Positions 1-13,205 of a stretch of 64,000 bases of DNA are shown here, piece by piece. Position numbers and translations under genes: made by a program. This stretch comes from Malacoraja senta. Taxonomy: Eukaryota. The stretch lies in the NCBI GenBank assembly GCA_038087875.1, contig JAXLNO010000440.1:1-64000 (forward strand), read 5' to 3'. The notes beneath the pieces are model-generated. The model did not search any database. It was not told where the DNA came from and saw nothing but the letters and a program-made list of their open reading frames with translations. The first letter of the stretch is position 1. Each line of letters starts with the position of its first letter.

Positions 1-61
1 AAGTACGAAGGGAAGCTGGCCAGGAATATAAAGGACAGTAAAAGCTTCTTTAGATATGTTA

Positions 62-860
62 AGGGAAAAAGAGAGAGAGAGGGGGACAGAGATAGAGAGA
101 GAGGGGGGCAGAGAGAGAGAGAGAGAGAGAGGGACAGAGAGAGAGAGATAGAGAGAGACGGGGACAGAGAGAGACAGAGAGCGAGAGATTCAGAGGGACA
201 GACAGAGAGAGAGAGGGAGAGAGAGAGAGGGGGACAGAGAGAGAGAGAGGGGACAGAGAGAGGGGGATAGAAAGAGAGACAGGGGGAGAGAGGGAGAGAG
301 AGGTGGGGACAGAGAGAGAGACCCACAGAGAGAAATGGAGAGAGAGGGGGGGCAGAGAAAGAGAGAGGAGGGACAGAGAGAGAAAGAGAGAGGGACACAG
401 AGAGAGATGGAGAAAGGGGGACAGAGAAAGACCGAGAGAGTGAGGGACAGAGAGAGAGGGGGGGGGGGCAGAGAGAGAGAGAGGGACAGACAAAGAGAGA
501 GAGAGAGCTAGAGAGAGACAGGGGGACAGAGAGAGAGAGACAGACGGGGACAGAGATAGAGAGCGAGAGATTGAGAGAGAGGGACAGAGAGAGAGAGCAG
601 AGGAACAAGAGAGAGAGGGGGACAGAGAGAGAGGGGGACAGAGAGGGTGAGAGAGAGGGACAGAGGGGGAGGGGGAGAGGGACAGAGAGAGAGGTGGGGA
701 CAGAGAGAGAGAGACCCACAGAGAGAGATGGGGGGGCAGAGGAAGAGAGGGGGAGAGAGGGAGAGAGAGAGGGAGAGAGATGGAGAAAGGGGAGAGAGAG
801 GGACAGAGAAGGAGAGAGGAAAAGAGAGTGGGACAGAGAGAGAGAGAGGGTGACAGAGAA
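62..860. repeat. Polypurine (GA/GACA)n low-complexity tract (paralogs ~28100-28660, ~40920-41290, ~59270-59640; other GA/CT tracts at 44.85-45.19, 45.96-46.24, 48.25-48.52, 49.42-49.82 kb)
   Basis: Directly visible. Confidence 0.95.
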
Positions 861-1276
861 TGTGCTGGAGTGACATTTTGGGTCGAGACCCTTTGGTTTA
901 GTTTAGTTTAGAGATGCAGCGCGGAAACAGGTCTTTCGGCCCACGGAGTCCGCGCCGACCAGCGATCACCTCGTACACTATCACTATCCTACGCACATTA
1001 GGGACAATTTAACAATTTTGCGGAGGCCGATTAATCTACAGCCCTGAACGTCTTTGAACGATTTCCTCCACCATAAACGCACCCAATATGTGCTCGTAAT
1101 GTCCTGTTTGCCAGCTTGTTGACCCTCTGTGTTCCCCTCCTGCAGGGTTTAGGAGCCGTTGCTGTGGACGGAGAGACGGGGACGTGAGCAGCCATTGAAG
1201 GTGGCCAGGGTGCCGGTGAGCCCCCCCCCCCCCCATCTGCTCGGTGTGCGACTGAGCTTCGAGGGGCTGCGCTTCG

Positions 1277-2756
1277 ATGGAGGACCCCATGATGGGGCAC
1301 AACAAGGAAAAGCGTTATGAGTGCGACGTGTGTGGTAAGGCCTGGCAGTGCCCGAGCGAGCTGGAGACGCATCGGCGGGTTCACACTGGAGAACGCCCCT
1401 TCGACTGCTCGGAGTGCGGTAAGAGCTTCAAGACGGCGGTTGTGCTGAAGACCCACCGGCGGGTGCACACGGGCGAGAAGCCCTATGGCTGCTCTACCTG
1501 CGACATGAGCTTTGCCCAGTTGTCGGGGCTACGGCAGCACCGGCGGGTGCACAGCAGTGAGCGGCCCTTCACCTGCTCCGACTGCGGCAAAGGCTTCAAG
1601 TCGTTACCAGAGCTGAAGCAGCACAGGCGCGTGCACACCGGGGAGCGCCCCTACACCTGCATCGACTGCGGCAAGGGCTTCACCTGCTCCAGCAACCTGC
1701 TGTTCCACCAGCGCACCCACACCGCGGAGCGCCCCTACACCTGCACCCAGTGCGGCAAGGGCTTCACTCATTCCGGCCACCTGCTGTCCCACCAGCGCAC
1801 CCAACACCGGCGAGCGTCCCTACACCTGTGCCCAGTGCGGCAGGGGCTTCACTCAGTCCGGTCACCTCCTGGCGCACCAGCGAACCCACACCGGCGAGCG
1901 TCCCTACACCTGTGCCCAGTGCGGCAAGGGCTTCAGCCGCTCCGAAAGCCTACTGGATCACCAGCGCACCCACACCGGCGAGCGCCCCTACACCTGCACC
2001 CAGTGCGGCAAGGGCTTCACTCAGTCCGGTACCCTGCTGGTGCACCAGCGCCTCCACACCGGCGAGCGTCCCTACATCTGTGCCCAGTGCGGCAAGGGCT
2101 TCACCCATTCCAGCAACCTGCTGAAGCACCAGCGCACCCACACCGGCGAGCGCCCCTACACCTGCACCCAGTGCAGCAAGGGCTTCACCTGCTCCGACAG
2201 ACTGCTGGAGCACCAGCGCACTCACACCGGCGAGTTCCCCATCACCTGCGCCCAATGTGGCAAGGGCTTCACCCGCTCCGACAGACTGCTGGAGCACCAG
2301 CGCACTCACACCGGCGAGCGCCCCTTCACCTGCGCCCAGTGTGGCAAGGGCTTCATCCGCTCCGACACCCTGCTGCAGCACCAGCGCACTCACACCGGCG
2401 AGCGCCCCTACACCTGCACCCAGTGTGGCAAGGGCTTCACACAGTCCAGCAACCTGCTGAAGCACCAGCGCATCCACACCGGCGAGCGACCCTACACCTG
2501 TGCCCAGTGCGGCAAGCGCTTCACCCGCTCTTCCAAGCTGCTGTCCCACCAGCGGGTGCACACCGGCAACCGTCCCCTCCCCAGCCCGGTGTGTGGGGAA
2601 CGCTTTGCCATGGCCTTCCATGCCTTGTCTCACCAGCAGGTGCACACCAGTGGCCAGCCCTACGACTGCCCGTACTGTGGTGAGGAGTTTGACAGCTCGC
2701 GGGGGTTGCGGCAGCACCGGCGGACCCACGCCGGCGAGCAGCTGCTCCCATTGTGA
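1277..2756 (+). CDS. Tandem C2H2 zinc-finger gene, copy A (~17 finger units, one degenerate); one +1 frameshift near 1803 (real or assembly error)
   Basis: Repeated C-x2-C-x12-H-x3-H with TGERPY linkers. ORF 1277 reads six fingers; 'acccaacaccggc' has an extra A and the fingers continue in the frame of ORF 2040..2756. Splice acceptor 'ttcccctcctgcag' ends at 1146. Confidence 0.9.
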
Positions 2757-3338
2757 CAAGAGAGCATGGGGGCTGCGGGAGCACCAGCGGATACACACCG
2801 TTCTGTGGTAAGGGCTTCACCCGCCTTGACCACCTGCTGGAGTACCGGCGAGTCCACATCGGGCAGCGCCCCTTCACCTGCCCGCTCTGTGGCAAGGCCT
2901 ATGCCCGCTCCTCCAGCCTGTCACGTGGATAGGCGCTGTTTAGGTAGACACATAATGCTGGAAGGAATGGGTAACGTTTCGGGTCATTTCTTCAAACACC
3001 CATTCTCTCCAGAGATGCTGCCTGTCCTGCTGAGTTACTCCAGCATTTTGTGTCCTTTTTTGTAAACCTGTATCTGCAGTTCCTTGTTTTTAATCCATTC
3101 TGGTTAACCATCTCTGCACCTTCACCAAAGCCTCCACATCAGTCCTGTAATGGAGTGACCAGAACTGTATGCAATACTGCAAATGCTACCTGACCAATGT
3201 CCCTTAAAGCTGCACATATACATTCCTCTCTCTCCCCTCTCCCCACACTTTTCCCCCACTCGTACACAAATACTCTCCACTCCACCCTCTGGTGCCCCCT
3301 CCTCTCTCTCACCTCTCTCGCTCCATCTCTCTCACACA

Positions 3339-3385
<47 letters not shown>

Positions 3386-3499
3386 TCCCTCTCTCACACA
3401 CCCCCTCTCACATGCACACACACACGCTCTCTCTCTTGCTCTCTCACACACACACTTTCTCACACACACACTCACTCTCACACACACACGCGCACACAG

Positions 3500-3715
3500 A
3501 CCAAACACCTCCGCTCGGTTCGCATTAACCAACCTGATCTCCCGGTGGCTCAACACATCAACTCCCCCTCCCATTCTGAATCCTACCTTTCTGTCCTGGG
3601 CCTCCTCCATGGCCAGAGTGAGGCCCCCCGTATATTGGAGGACCAGCACCTCATATTTCGCTTGGGTAGTTTGCAACCCAGCGGTATGAACATTGACCTC
3701 TCCAAATTCAGGTAA
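3500..3715 (+). mobile_element. Penelope-like element GIY-YIG endonuclease C-terminal fragment (paralogs ~37987-38200 and ~56814-57015 on -)
   Basis: HLRSVR...LPVAQH(F/I)NSPSHS...EQHLIFRLGSLQPSGMN. Confidence 0.75.
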
Positions 3716-4903
3716 TACCTACCAAAGATCCTATAGATAGGCCACTCCTGCGAAATGCAATGGGCTGACGTGTAGTACGCAACGGAGCGGAACGTGGGCA
3801 TTTTGTTCGTCCATTTCAGTAACCGGAACCGACCCGACCCGACTCGCAGTGTAATCAACGTTGTGGGGGAACAGTTTGTGTGTGTGATATAGGGTTAGAT
3901 TCATAATTCTGTTAGTTCATAATTCTGTTAATTCTTGTTAAAGAATAAAATGTTTATAAATTTTGACTGGTAATCTTTTTTAATGTTTTTTTAAATATCT
4001 TTTAAAATGGCTCATGTGCTGTGTTTGAGTTGATTTTGTATTACACTTGCACTCTGTAATTCATTCATCTAATCACACTGTTCACAACTGCAGTATTTGG
4101 CAAAATAATAGCAATATGAAGATTCCAGTTGCTCTAGTCCTGGAATGTTCCTTAATGTTTTTGTGTCTATGGAGTTGTTTCTCAACAATAAAATGGGTCT
4201 GGTCTTCCCAATAGCCAGAGACTGGAATGAGATCTGTCTGTTATGGTGGGGTTATCTAATTTAAGTATTTCACAAATTTAAATTTGTTTTGAGCAAGATT
4301 TACAAACTTAAGGATGGTTTTATTCAGCGAGCATACAACTGATTAGATTGTGCTGGAAAGAACACACATATATGAATGTGATATAGATGTATATAATCAT
4401 ATAACACACACATTTACATTTCTTCCAATTTTTATATCCAATGATGAACTTTATTTCAGACTAGACAAGGGACAACATTAAATAAAAAAACATTGTAAAC
4501 CAACCCGCAACTTCACTCTGGTGTCTCGGCCGTGCTGATCCGGGCCAGACTCCCCGCACGCTGTGGAAGGAACATCTTTTCGCTTTTATTGTGATTTATT
4601 TCTCTTTTTAACACTGAATATCTGAGAACGACACATTAGCAGCATATGGCACCAAAGTTGCACCAACCCACTCAATTTTAAATAATTCATAATAGCAATC
4701 CATTAACATGGTTAACACTTTATTGCTGACATGCATAGTAAGATTTACAGAACTCACATTATTCTGTGTGCGGGATATACAGGGTTGCAGTGTTCAGTAT
4801 ATCAGCTAACCAGTGAAAGTGATGTACAATTCAACGTATGTAACACAATGGTAGCCTCAGGAGGGGTATGTGGGTGTAGGGGGGGTACGGGGGGATTCCG
4901 TAC

Positions 4904-5083
4904 CTGCGTGTCACAGGTGAACTCGGCCACCTTGCCCTCACACATGGAGCTGACGACCGTCTCCCACACGGGCAGCTTGAACTTCTTGCCGATGATCAGC
5001 TCCATGGGTTTGCCGTAGGTCCGGCTGTCGTCGATGAGCGTCCGCTCTGGGTCACAGCGCAGGGTCTTGTAGTGAAACGTGAC
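4904..5083 (-). CDS. AIP: AIP (aryl hydrocarbon receptor-interacting protein)-like exon 2, FKBP-type domain
   Basis: Translates [79 protein letters not shown] matches AIP as I recall it. Exactly 180 nt, phase 0/0, flanked by cacacAG and GTacgg. Confidence 0.9.
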
Positions 5084-5164
5084 CTGTGTGGGGGGGTGAG
5101 AGGTCACAGGTCAGTGGTCACTGCGTCCTCAAATCAGGGCGGTCGGGAGCGGCATATCCCTTTA

Positions 5165-5612
5165 AAACATAGACAATAGGTGCAGGAGGAGGCCATTCAT
5201 AATGATCATGGTTGATCATCCCCAATCAATAACCCGTGCCTGCCTTCTCCCCATATCCTTTGACTCCACTAGCACCTAGAGCTCTATCTAACTCTCTCTT
5301 AAATCCATCCAGTGATTTGGCCTCCACTGCCCTCTGTGGCAGGGAATACCACACATTCACAACTCTCTGGGTGAAAAGTTTATTTCACACCTCATTCTTA
5401 AATGACCTCCCCTTTATTCTAAGACTGTGGCCCTGGTTCTGGACTCCCCCAACATTGGGAACATTTTCCTGCATTTAGCTTGTCCAGTCCTTTTATAATT
5501 TTATATGTTTCTATAAGAATCCCCCCCTCATCCTTCTAAACTCCAGTGAATGCAAGCCTAGTCTTTTCAATCTTTCCTCATATGACAGTCCCGCCATCCC
5601 AGGGATCAATCT
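5165..5612 (-). mobile_element. CR1 LINE 3' fragment
   Basis: Reverse complement of ~54890-55335. Confidence 0.85.
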
Positions 5613-5613
5613 C

Positions 5614-6120
5614 TTTGCTCACTGCATTTCATCAACTAAGGAATTATTTGGGGGTTTTTCTTGATTCCTTTGGCATCTAAAAAGTTTCAGAAGGGATAAA
5701 TCTGGCTGTAAAAGTTTAAAACCACCCATGGTTCTCAAGTGGGTTTTTACATACAAAAAGAAAACGCCTCTGAAGCAAAATTTACAGCCAGATTTATCAC
5801 TTCTGAGACTTTTTAGATACCAAAGGAATCAAGAAAAAACTCAAATAATGCCCAAAGTTTTCAATCTCGATATCTGCAAGGCCAATGTTCGCCAAGTACT
5901 TTAGCTGTTGTTGTCCATTCAGCTCTCGCTTCTCTTTACCTTCATCTCGCTTCACTTTTGGAATTCTGAAGTTGGCTACATGTCTCTCACACTTACCCCG
6001 ACTTCCACAATTATTTACAGCGCAAAAAAACACAATTTTGGCGGTTTTTAACAGGTAGGAAAGTACACGTTTCGTGTATTAATAACATATACCGGAAGCT
6101 GCGATGTCCTCCAGATGGAT
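5614..6120. mobile_element. Partial copy of the same MITE
   Basis: Direct match to ~23291-23838 with a small internal deletion. Confidence 0.85.
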
Positions 6121-7270
6121 TAGAAACATAGAAAATAAGTGCAGGAGTAGGCTATTCGGCCCTTCGCGCCTGCACCGCCATTCAATATGATCATTGCTGA
6201 TCATCCAACTCAGTATCCAGTACCTGCTTTCTCTCCATACCCCCTAATCCCTTTAGCCACAAGGGCCACATCTAACTCCCTCTTAAATATATCCAATGAA
6301 CTGGCCTCAACTACCTTCTGTGGCAGAGAATTCCACAGATTCACCACCCTCTCTGTGAAAAATGTTTTTCTCATCTCGGTCCTAAAAGACTTCCCCCTTA
6401 TCCTTAAACTGTGACCCCGTGTTCTGGACTTCCCCAACATCGGGAACAATCTTCCAGCATCTCGCCTGTCCAACCCCTTTAGAATTTTGTAAGTTTCTAT
6501 GAGATCCCCCCTCAATCTTCTAAATTCTAGCGAGTACAAGCCGAGTCTATCCATTCTTTCTTCATATGAAAGTCCTGCCATCCCAGGAATCAGTCTGGTG
6601 AACCTTCTCTGTACTCCCTCTATGGCAAGAATGTCTTTCCTCAGGTTAGGAGACCGAAACTGTAGGCAATACTCCAGGTGTGGTCTCACCAAGACCCTGT
6701 ACAACTGCAGTAGAACCTCCCTGCTCCTATACTCAAGTCCTTTTGGTATGAATGCTAAAATACCATTCGCTTTCTTCACTGCCTGCTGCACCTGCATGCC
6801 TACTTTCAATGACTGGTGTACCATGACACCCAGGTCTCGTTGCATCTCCCCTTTTCCTAATTGGCCACCATTCAGATAATAGTCTACTTTCCTGTTTTTG
6901 CCACCAAAGTGGATAACCTCACATTTATCCACATTATACTGCATCCGCCAAACATTTGCCCACTCACCCAGCCTATCCAAGTCATCTTGCAGCCTCCTAG
7001 CACCCTCCTCACAGCTAACACTGCCCCCCAGCTTCGTGTCATCCGCAAACGGAGATGTTGCATTCAATTCCCTCGTCCAAATCATTAATATATATTGTAA
7101 ATAGCTGGGGTCCCAGCACTGAGCCTTGAGGTACCCCACTAGTCACTGCCTGCCATTCTGAAAAGGACCCGTTACTCCTACTCTTTGCTTCCTGTCTGCC
7201 AGCCAGTTCTCTATCCACATCAATACTGAACCCCCAATACCATGTGCTTTAAGTTTGTATACTAATCTCT
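6121..7270 (-). mobile_element. CR1 LINE 3' part (RT C-terminus and tail)
   Basis: [34 protein letters not shown]; (TTTCTATG)-type tail. Confidence 0.92.
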
Positions 7271-7780
7271 TGTTTTTGAGTAATATAATCTATGTAAAAT
7301 TTTAAATTGGATTAGATTATGTCTTGCGTTAATCGAACACTTGTGAATGTATGACAAATACTTTTCCCATGTAGCCTTCGTAATTTTTATCAATAATTCC
7401 CATTCCCACTCTTCTCTAATTACCTCGGTCACAGGTAAATCTATATTTATGATACTATTATATAAATATGATATTAATTTTTGTGTATCAGCTTTTATAT
7501 TCATTACTTCTTCTAGTAAATCAGGAGTTATTTTTTTTGATATCCCTGTATGTATGTCTTCAAAAAATTACAAATCTGAAAATATTTAAAATAATGAGTG
7601 TTTTTCAGTTTAAATTTTAATTGTAATTGTTGAAATGATAATAAATCTCCCATTTCAAACATGTCCCCGATCCTTTTAATTCCTAAACTTTCCCATTGAT
7701 TATATATTTTATCCATCATAGATGGTTTAAATAAAGGATTATTCGCTATCGGTGTTAACAATGATAGGTTTCTTAATTTT
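7271..7780 (-). mobile_element. Older L1 ORF2 fragment, 3' piece (host of the nested L1)
   Basis: NNPLFKPS...QQLQLKFKLK...CSINARHNLIQFKILHRLYYSK; contiguous with 14394-14860 once the nested L1 is removed. Confidence 0.85.
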
Positions 7781-8194
7781 TTTTTTTTATTTTATTTTTT
7801 ATTTTTTTTATTTTTTAGAAGTACGGTAGATTACAGTAATGTACAACACGTATATATTAATACATTTTTTGTACCGCTTCACTTTTTTAAACTTTAAGAA
7901 AGAAAAAAGAAAGAAGTAAGAAAAGTGAAGAAAGTGCGCAAAGGTTGTGAAGTGCAAAAGAGTGTTGGGAAAAGAAAGCCCCTTAGAAAAGAAGTTAGAG
8001 AAGGAAGTAAAGTTAGAAAATAGACCCTAGAAAAAAAAAGAGAAAGAAAGAAGGAACAATCGCTCTATTATAACTCTTATACCATACTTCATAGAGAAGG
8101 AACTACCAACCAAGTCTGTTTTTATTTTACCTCCCATTACCAGGTCCAGATACCTTTTATTTATTTATTTGTTTTTCTAAATTACTATTGCACC

Positions 8195-11100
8195 TCATGC
8201 TTGTAATAGGTCCAAAAACGTAGACCACGTCTTTTGAAATTGATCTACTTTGCCTACTAGGAGGAATCTCATCTCTTCCAGATGTAATGTTTCCAACATA
8301 TTTGATGTCCACATTTTTATTGTTGGTGTGGGCGCATTTTTCCAGAATTTAAGTATAAGCTTTTTTCCCATTATTAGCCCATAATTGAGTAAATTCTTCT
8401 GATACACGTTTAATTCAGGAATACCTTCCGATATTCCAAAAATAATCCATTCTGGTTTTGGTACCAGTTTTATTTTGATTAATTTTGAAAAAATATCAAA
8501 TATTTCAAACCAGAATTTTTGGATTTTTGTACAAAAAACAAAAGAATGTGCTATGGTAGCTTCTTGACATATACATTTATCACAGATTGGTGAGACGTTA
8601 GGAAAGATTTTATTTAGTTTGGTTTTTGAATAATATAATCTATGTAATGTTTTAAATTGGATAAGCGTATGTCGTACGTTGATCGAGCATTTATGCACCT
8701 GTAATAAATGATTATCCCAACTCTCTTTTGAAATTTTTATACCTAGATCTTGTTCCCAATCTCTTCTAATTCCATCTGTTGTGGGTATTTCTATATTTAA
8801 GATGATATTATATAAGTATGATATTAAATTAACTGATTCCGCCTTTGTCTTCATTGCTTCATCTAGTAAGTCGGAAGGCATATTATAATAATCTTTTGTG
8901 TGTGTTTTCAAATAGTCACAGATTTGTAGATATTTAAAATATTGATTATTTTTCAAATTATATTTCAGTTGTAGTTGTTGGAATGATAGTAATTTTTCTA
9001 ATTCATACAGATCTTCGAGCGTTTTAATTCCCATTCTTTCCCATTGTATAAATGCTTTATCTATGATTGAAGGTTTAAACGATGGGTTATTGACTATTGG
9101 TATTAAGAGAGATAGGTTTCTTAATTTTAGATTCTGTTTTATTTGCTTCCATGTTCTAATAGTGCTATATATAATTGGATTTTTATTATAATTTTTATTA
9201 TTCAAATTTATTGGAGAGAGAATAATCGCTCCTATATTATTCGGGGAGCAATCCCCTTTTTCCATTATAATCCAGTCCACCTGCTGGGCAGAATTGTCCA
9301 GCAGGTGAATCATATTTTTAATATTTACTGCCCAGTTATAATACATAAAGTTAGGGAGCGCTAGACCCCCCAACTCTTTTCGTTTGTTAAGGTGTGTTCT
9401 TTGTATTCTGTGGGATTTGTAATCCCATATAAAATTTGTAATGTCTGAGTCCAGTTTTTTGAAAAACTTTTTTGGGAGATATATAGGTATTGATTGAAAT
9501 AGGTAAAGGATTTGTGGTAAGAAAATCATTTTTATAGCATTTATCCTACCTATTAAGGACATCGGAAGTGTTTTCCAAAATTTAATCAGATTATTTAATT
9601 TCTTAAGTAGGGGATTATAATTAGCTTTAAACATATCATGGTAATTTCTAGTAATCTCAATTCCTAAATATTTGAATTTTTCCATAGCTATTTTAAAAGG
9701 GAATTTCCTGAGATGTGTTGAGTCTTTTGGTTTAATCGACATAATTTCACTTTTGTTCCAATTTATTCTATATCCTGAAAAGGATCCAAAGTCCTCAATT
9801 AAGTTTAATATATTTGGTATACTAATTTGTGGTTTTGTGATGTACAGTAGTACATCATCAGCATATAGGGATAGTTTGTTGTTTGAATATTTTGTGTTAT
9901 AACCGTGAATATTCGAGTGTGTTCTTATTTTTTCAGCGAGGGGTTCAATTACCAAAGCGAATAACAGCGGTGATAGTGAACATCCTTGTCTGTTGCCCCT
10001 AGATAATTCGAATTTTGAAGATAATATATTATTAGTTAGTATTCTAGCCGTAGGTTTGTTATATAGTAGTTTTATCCATGCAATAAAGTTTTCTCCCAAT
10101 TGGAATTTTTGCAATACTTTGATCATATAGTCCCATTCTACTTGATCAAACGCTTTTTCTGCGTCCAGTGAGATGATAGCTAACTCTTGGTCATAAGATT
10201 TATGTGAATGCATTATGTTAAGCAAACGTCTCAAATTATTAAATGAGTGTCTCTTAGGTATAAATCCTGTTTGATCCTCATGTATTAGTCTACTAACATA
10301 CTTGCTTAATCTATTGGCTAATGTTTTTGCTATTATTTTCTGATCCGTATTTAACAAAGCAATAGCTCTATATGATCCTGGTTCTTCTATATTTTTATCT
10401 TTTTTAAGTATTAATATAATCGTTGATTCCGCTAGTGTTTCAGGTAGGTTTTGCTCTTTATAAGCATATGTATACATTTTTTGTAATCGTGGAGTAACTA
10501 TATCATAAAAAGATTTATAAAATTCATTACTGAATCCGTCTGGTCCTGGTGTTTTTCCATTTTTTAGTGTTTTTATTGTGTCTTCTATCTCCTTAGAAGT
10601 AATTTGTGCTCCCAGTTCCTCTTGTTCCCTGCGTTCTAATTGTGGTAGATTACAATTATCTAAAAATTCTGAGATTTTATTATTGTCTATTGACGTTTTA
10701 GATGTGTATAGATTCTGGTAAAATTGAGCAAATCTTTTATTAATATCCTTGGGTAGTGTTAATACTTCCCCTCTATCTGATTTAATCTTTAATATTGCAT
10801 TCTCTTTTTCCCGTTTTTTAAGTTGTCGTGCTAGAAGTTTGTGGGGTTTGTCCCCGAATTCGAAGTGTTCTTGTTTTGTGATTTGAAATAATGTTATAAC
10901 TTTCTCTGACAGTAATTTATTTAACTGAAATTTCAGTAGTAGTATTTTATTATGTTTATCCATAGTTGGGTCTTTAGCATTATCTATATCTAACTGTTTT
11001 ATTTGATCTTCTAAGTGTCTTTGTTCATTCTTATTCTTTTTATTTTGATAAGCTTGAAATGAAATAATGACTCCTCTTATAAATGCTTTGAAGGATTCCC

Positions 11101-11986
11101 ATAATAACGTGGGGGATATCTCTGGTGTATCATTTAACTCAAAAAATAGATCCATCTGTTTTTTTAGATAGATACTCCCTTGAGGGTCTTTTAAAATTTG
11201 TGAGTTAAACCTCCAGAACGGTTTATTCATAGACATTCCTTCTAGTTTTAGAACAAAAGTTAACGGAGAATGATCTGAGATCGCATTAATATGATATTTA
11301 GGATTCAGAGATTGCGAAATTAATTTTGTATCCACAAGAAAATAGTCTATCCGTGAATATGTTTTATGCACCATTGAATAAAACGAGTAATCCCTTCCCG
11401 TCGGGTTTGCAATCCTCCATACATCTGTTATATTTGTGTTTTCCATATATGTGTGTAAGAGTTCACTGGTTTTAGATTTCGTCTGACCTTTTTATTTTTG
11501 CATCGATTTATCTAAATAAGGATCTAAAACACAATTAAAATCTCCTCCGATTATAACATTTTGATAATTAGATTCTGCAATTATATTCAGAATTTTATTA
11601 AAAAATTGAGGGTTATCAAAGTTGGGCGCATATATGTTTACCAGCGTAATTGGCATATTATTGATCTCCCCTGCTACTATAAGATATCTCCCTTCCTTAT
11701 CTAAAATAGTGTTCTTTGATTTAAATGGAATTCCTTTACGAATGATAATTGCAGTACCTCTAGATTTGGAGGTAAATGAAGAGTGAAATGTTTGGCCTAT
11801 CCAGTTCGCCCTCAGTCTTGTCTGATCTTGCTGTTTAAGATGTGTTTCCTGTAGAAACGCAATGTCCGTGTTGTATGATTTCAACTGAGCTAGTATCTTG
11901 CCCCTTTTAATAGGTTCATTAATCCCCCTTATATTCCAACTACATAATGTGATTCCTCCTATTTTCTTTTGATTGTCGTCATGCAT
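8195..11986 (-). CDS. L1 ORF2p (APE endonuclease plus reverse transcriptase), one frameshift near 11490
   Basis: SWNIRG, LQETH, GGDFN, SRIDY, SDH (EN); PGPDG, SLDAEKAFD, RQGCSLSP, YADD (RT); C-terminal CCHC-like motif. Split into ORFs 11492..11986 and 8195..11446 at an A-run. Confidence 0.92.
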
Positions 11987-13205
11987 TTTTACCAGTTTTA
12001 ATGACCTTAATTATTGTGGTGCGTTCATACCTCCGGACTCTGGTTATTTTGGGAGTATTTCTATTATAGACTTCCTTGGTAGTTCTCCTGCGCGATTGTC
12101 CTTGAAGAAAAAACACACAGATGTGACATATTGTGATTAAAAAAAAATATATATAAATCAAATAAATTTACGGTGTCTAAAATTTCAACACCGTAGTGAG
12201 TGGCCCACTCGTCTGTGGGGTACGACATCCATAACGCTTCCGGCGTAGTTGGTATAAAGTTAGCCCCGCTGTATTTATTACCCAAAATCTATGGGGTCAT
12301 TACCGTTTCCAATTCAGTTCTATTTCACCCAGTTACAATTTATATATATGTCAATTGTATTCGATTCCATATCCTACTCACTCTTTATCTCTTAACTATT
12401 TTAAAATGAATTTAGTATTGTTAAAGTGAGCGGTTTACTGAGTGGATTAACCGGAGTCAGGTTCCTGGAATTGTGCCAGGTGCCTGATCTCCTCTCCTCT
12501 CCACGAGCTGCGAACATAGGTGATAACTGCTGTCTGCGTTATGACGCAGGCACCACAGTTTTATCAGTTTCAAATATTATTTCTATATTAGTATTGTTAA
12601 TTATTAATTATGAATAATTCTCAGCATTTTGTAAAACTATATAAGCCGTATATATTTTTCATATCAACCTCGAGTGTATATTATCTCTTAACTATTTTAA
12701 ATTGATTTTAATATTGTTAAAAATGAGCTGTTCGCTGGAAGGGTTAACGGGAGTCTGGCTCCTGGAGTTATGCCAGGTACCCGGTCTCCCCCTCCCTCCA
12801 CTCTCGAGCTGCATAGCACTTGCTGTTATCTGCTAAACAGAGCAGACTGCACATTTTTTATCTATTTCAATTGCTATTTCTATATTAGTATTGTTAATTG
12901 TTAATTATTATTAGTTCTCAGTTTTTTCAGTTTTTTATAAACAATATAAGCCATGTGATGTTTTTCACTCTCAGCCCAGCAGTTCGTCCCGTGTTATCAG
13001 GTTTTCCTCGTTTGAGCACGTAGTGTCCTTGAATTACATAGCACAATGTTCCAGCGAAGATAATAATGTCTAGCCACGTCTCACTAAGAATCTGTTGCTT
13101 GAAGTCAAATAAAAAATAAAAAATCAGTGTTCAGTTAATTCACTTTCCTTGTGATACTCTTGTTGGAAGAATAAGCAAGTTCGTTTGTTCATGTCGTCTT
13201 GGTTT

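Larger units (their letters stand above)
1..5612 (+). repeat. Segmental duplication cassette A (inverted copy at ~54890-59705)
   Basis: Same order of GA tract, SINE, ZNF, Penelope fragment, AT-rich spacer, AIP exon 2 and CR1 as the reverse complement of D. Confidence 0.92.

Noticed and set aside
59..876. Ser/Leu- or Arg/Glu-rich ORFs here and in the other GA tracts
   Set aside because: Translations of (GA)n/(CT)n low-complexity DNA.
4802..5107. AIPL1 rather than AIP, or a stand-alone 101-aa ORF
   Set aside because: [19 protein letters not shown] fits AIP better as I recall the two proteins, and similarity stops exactly at the splice sites.
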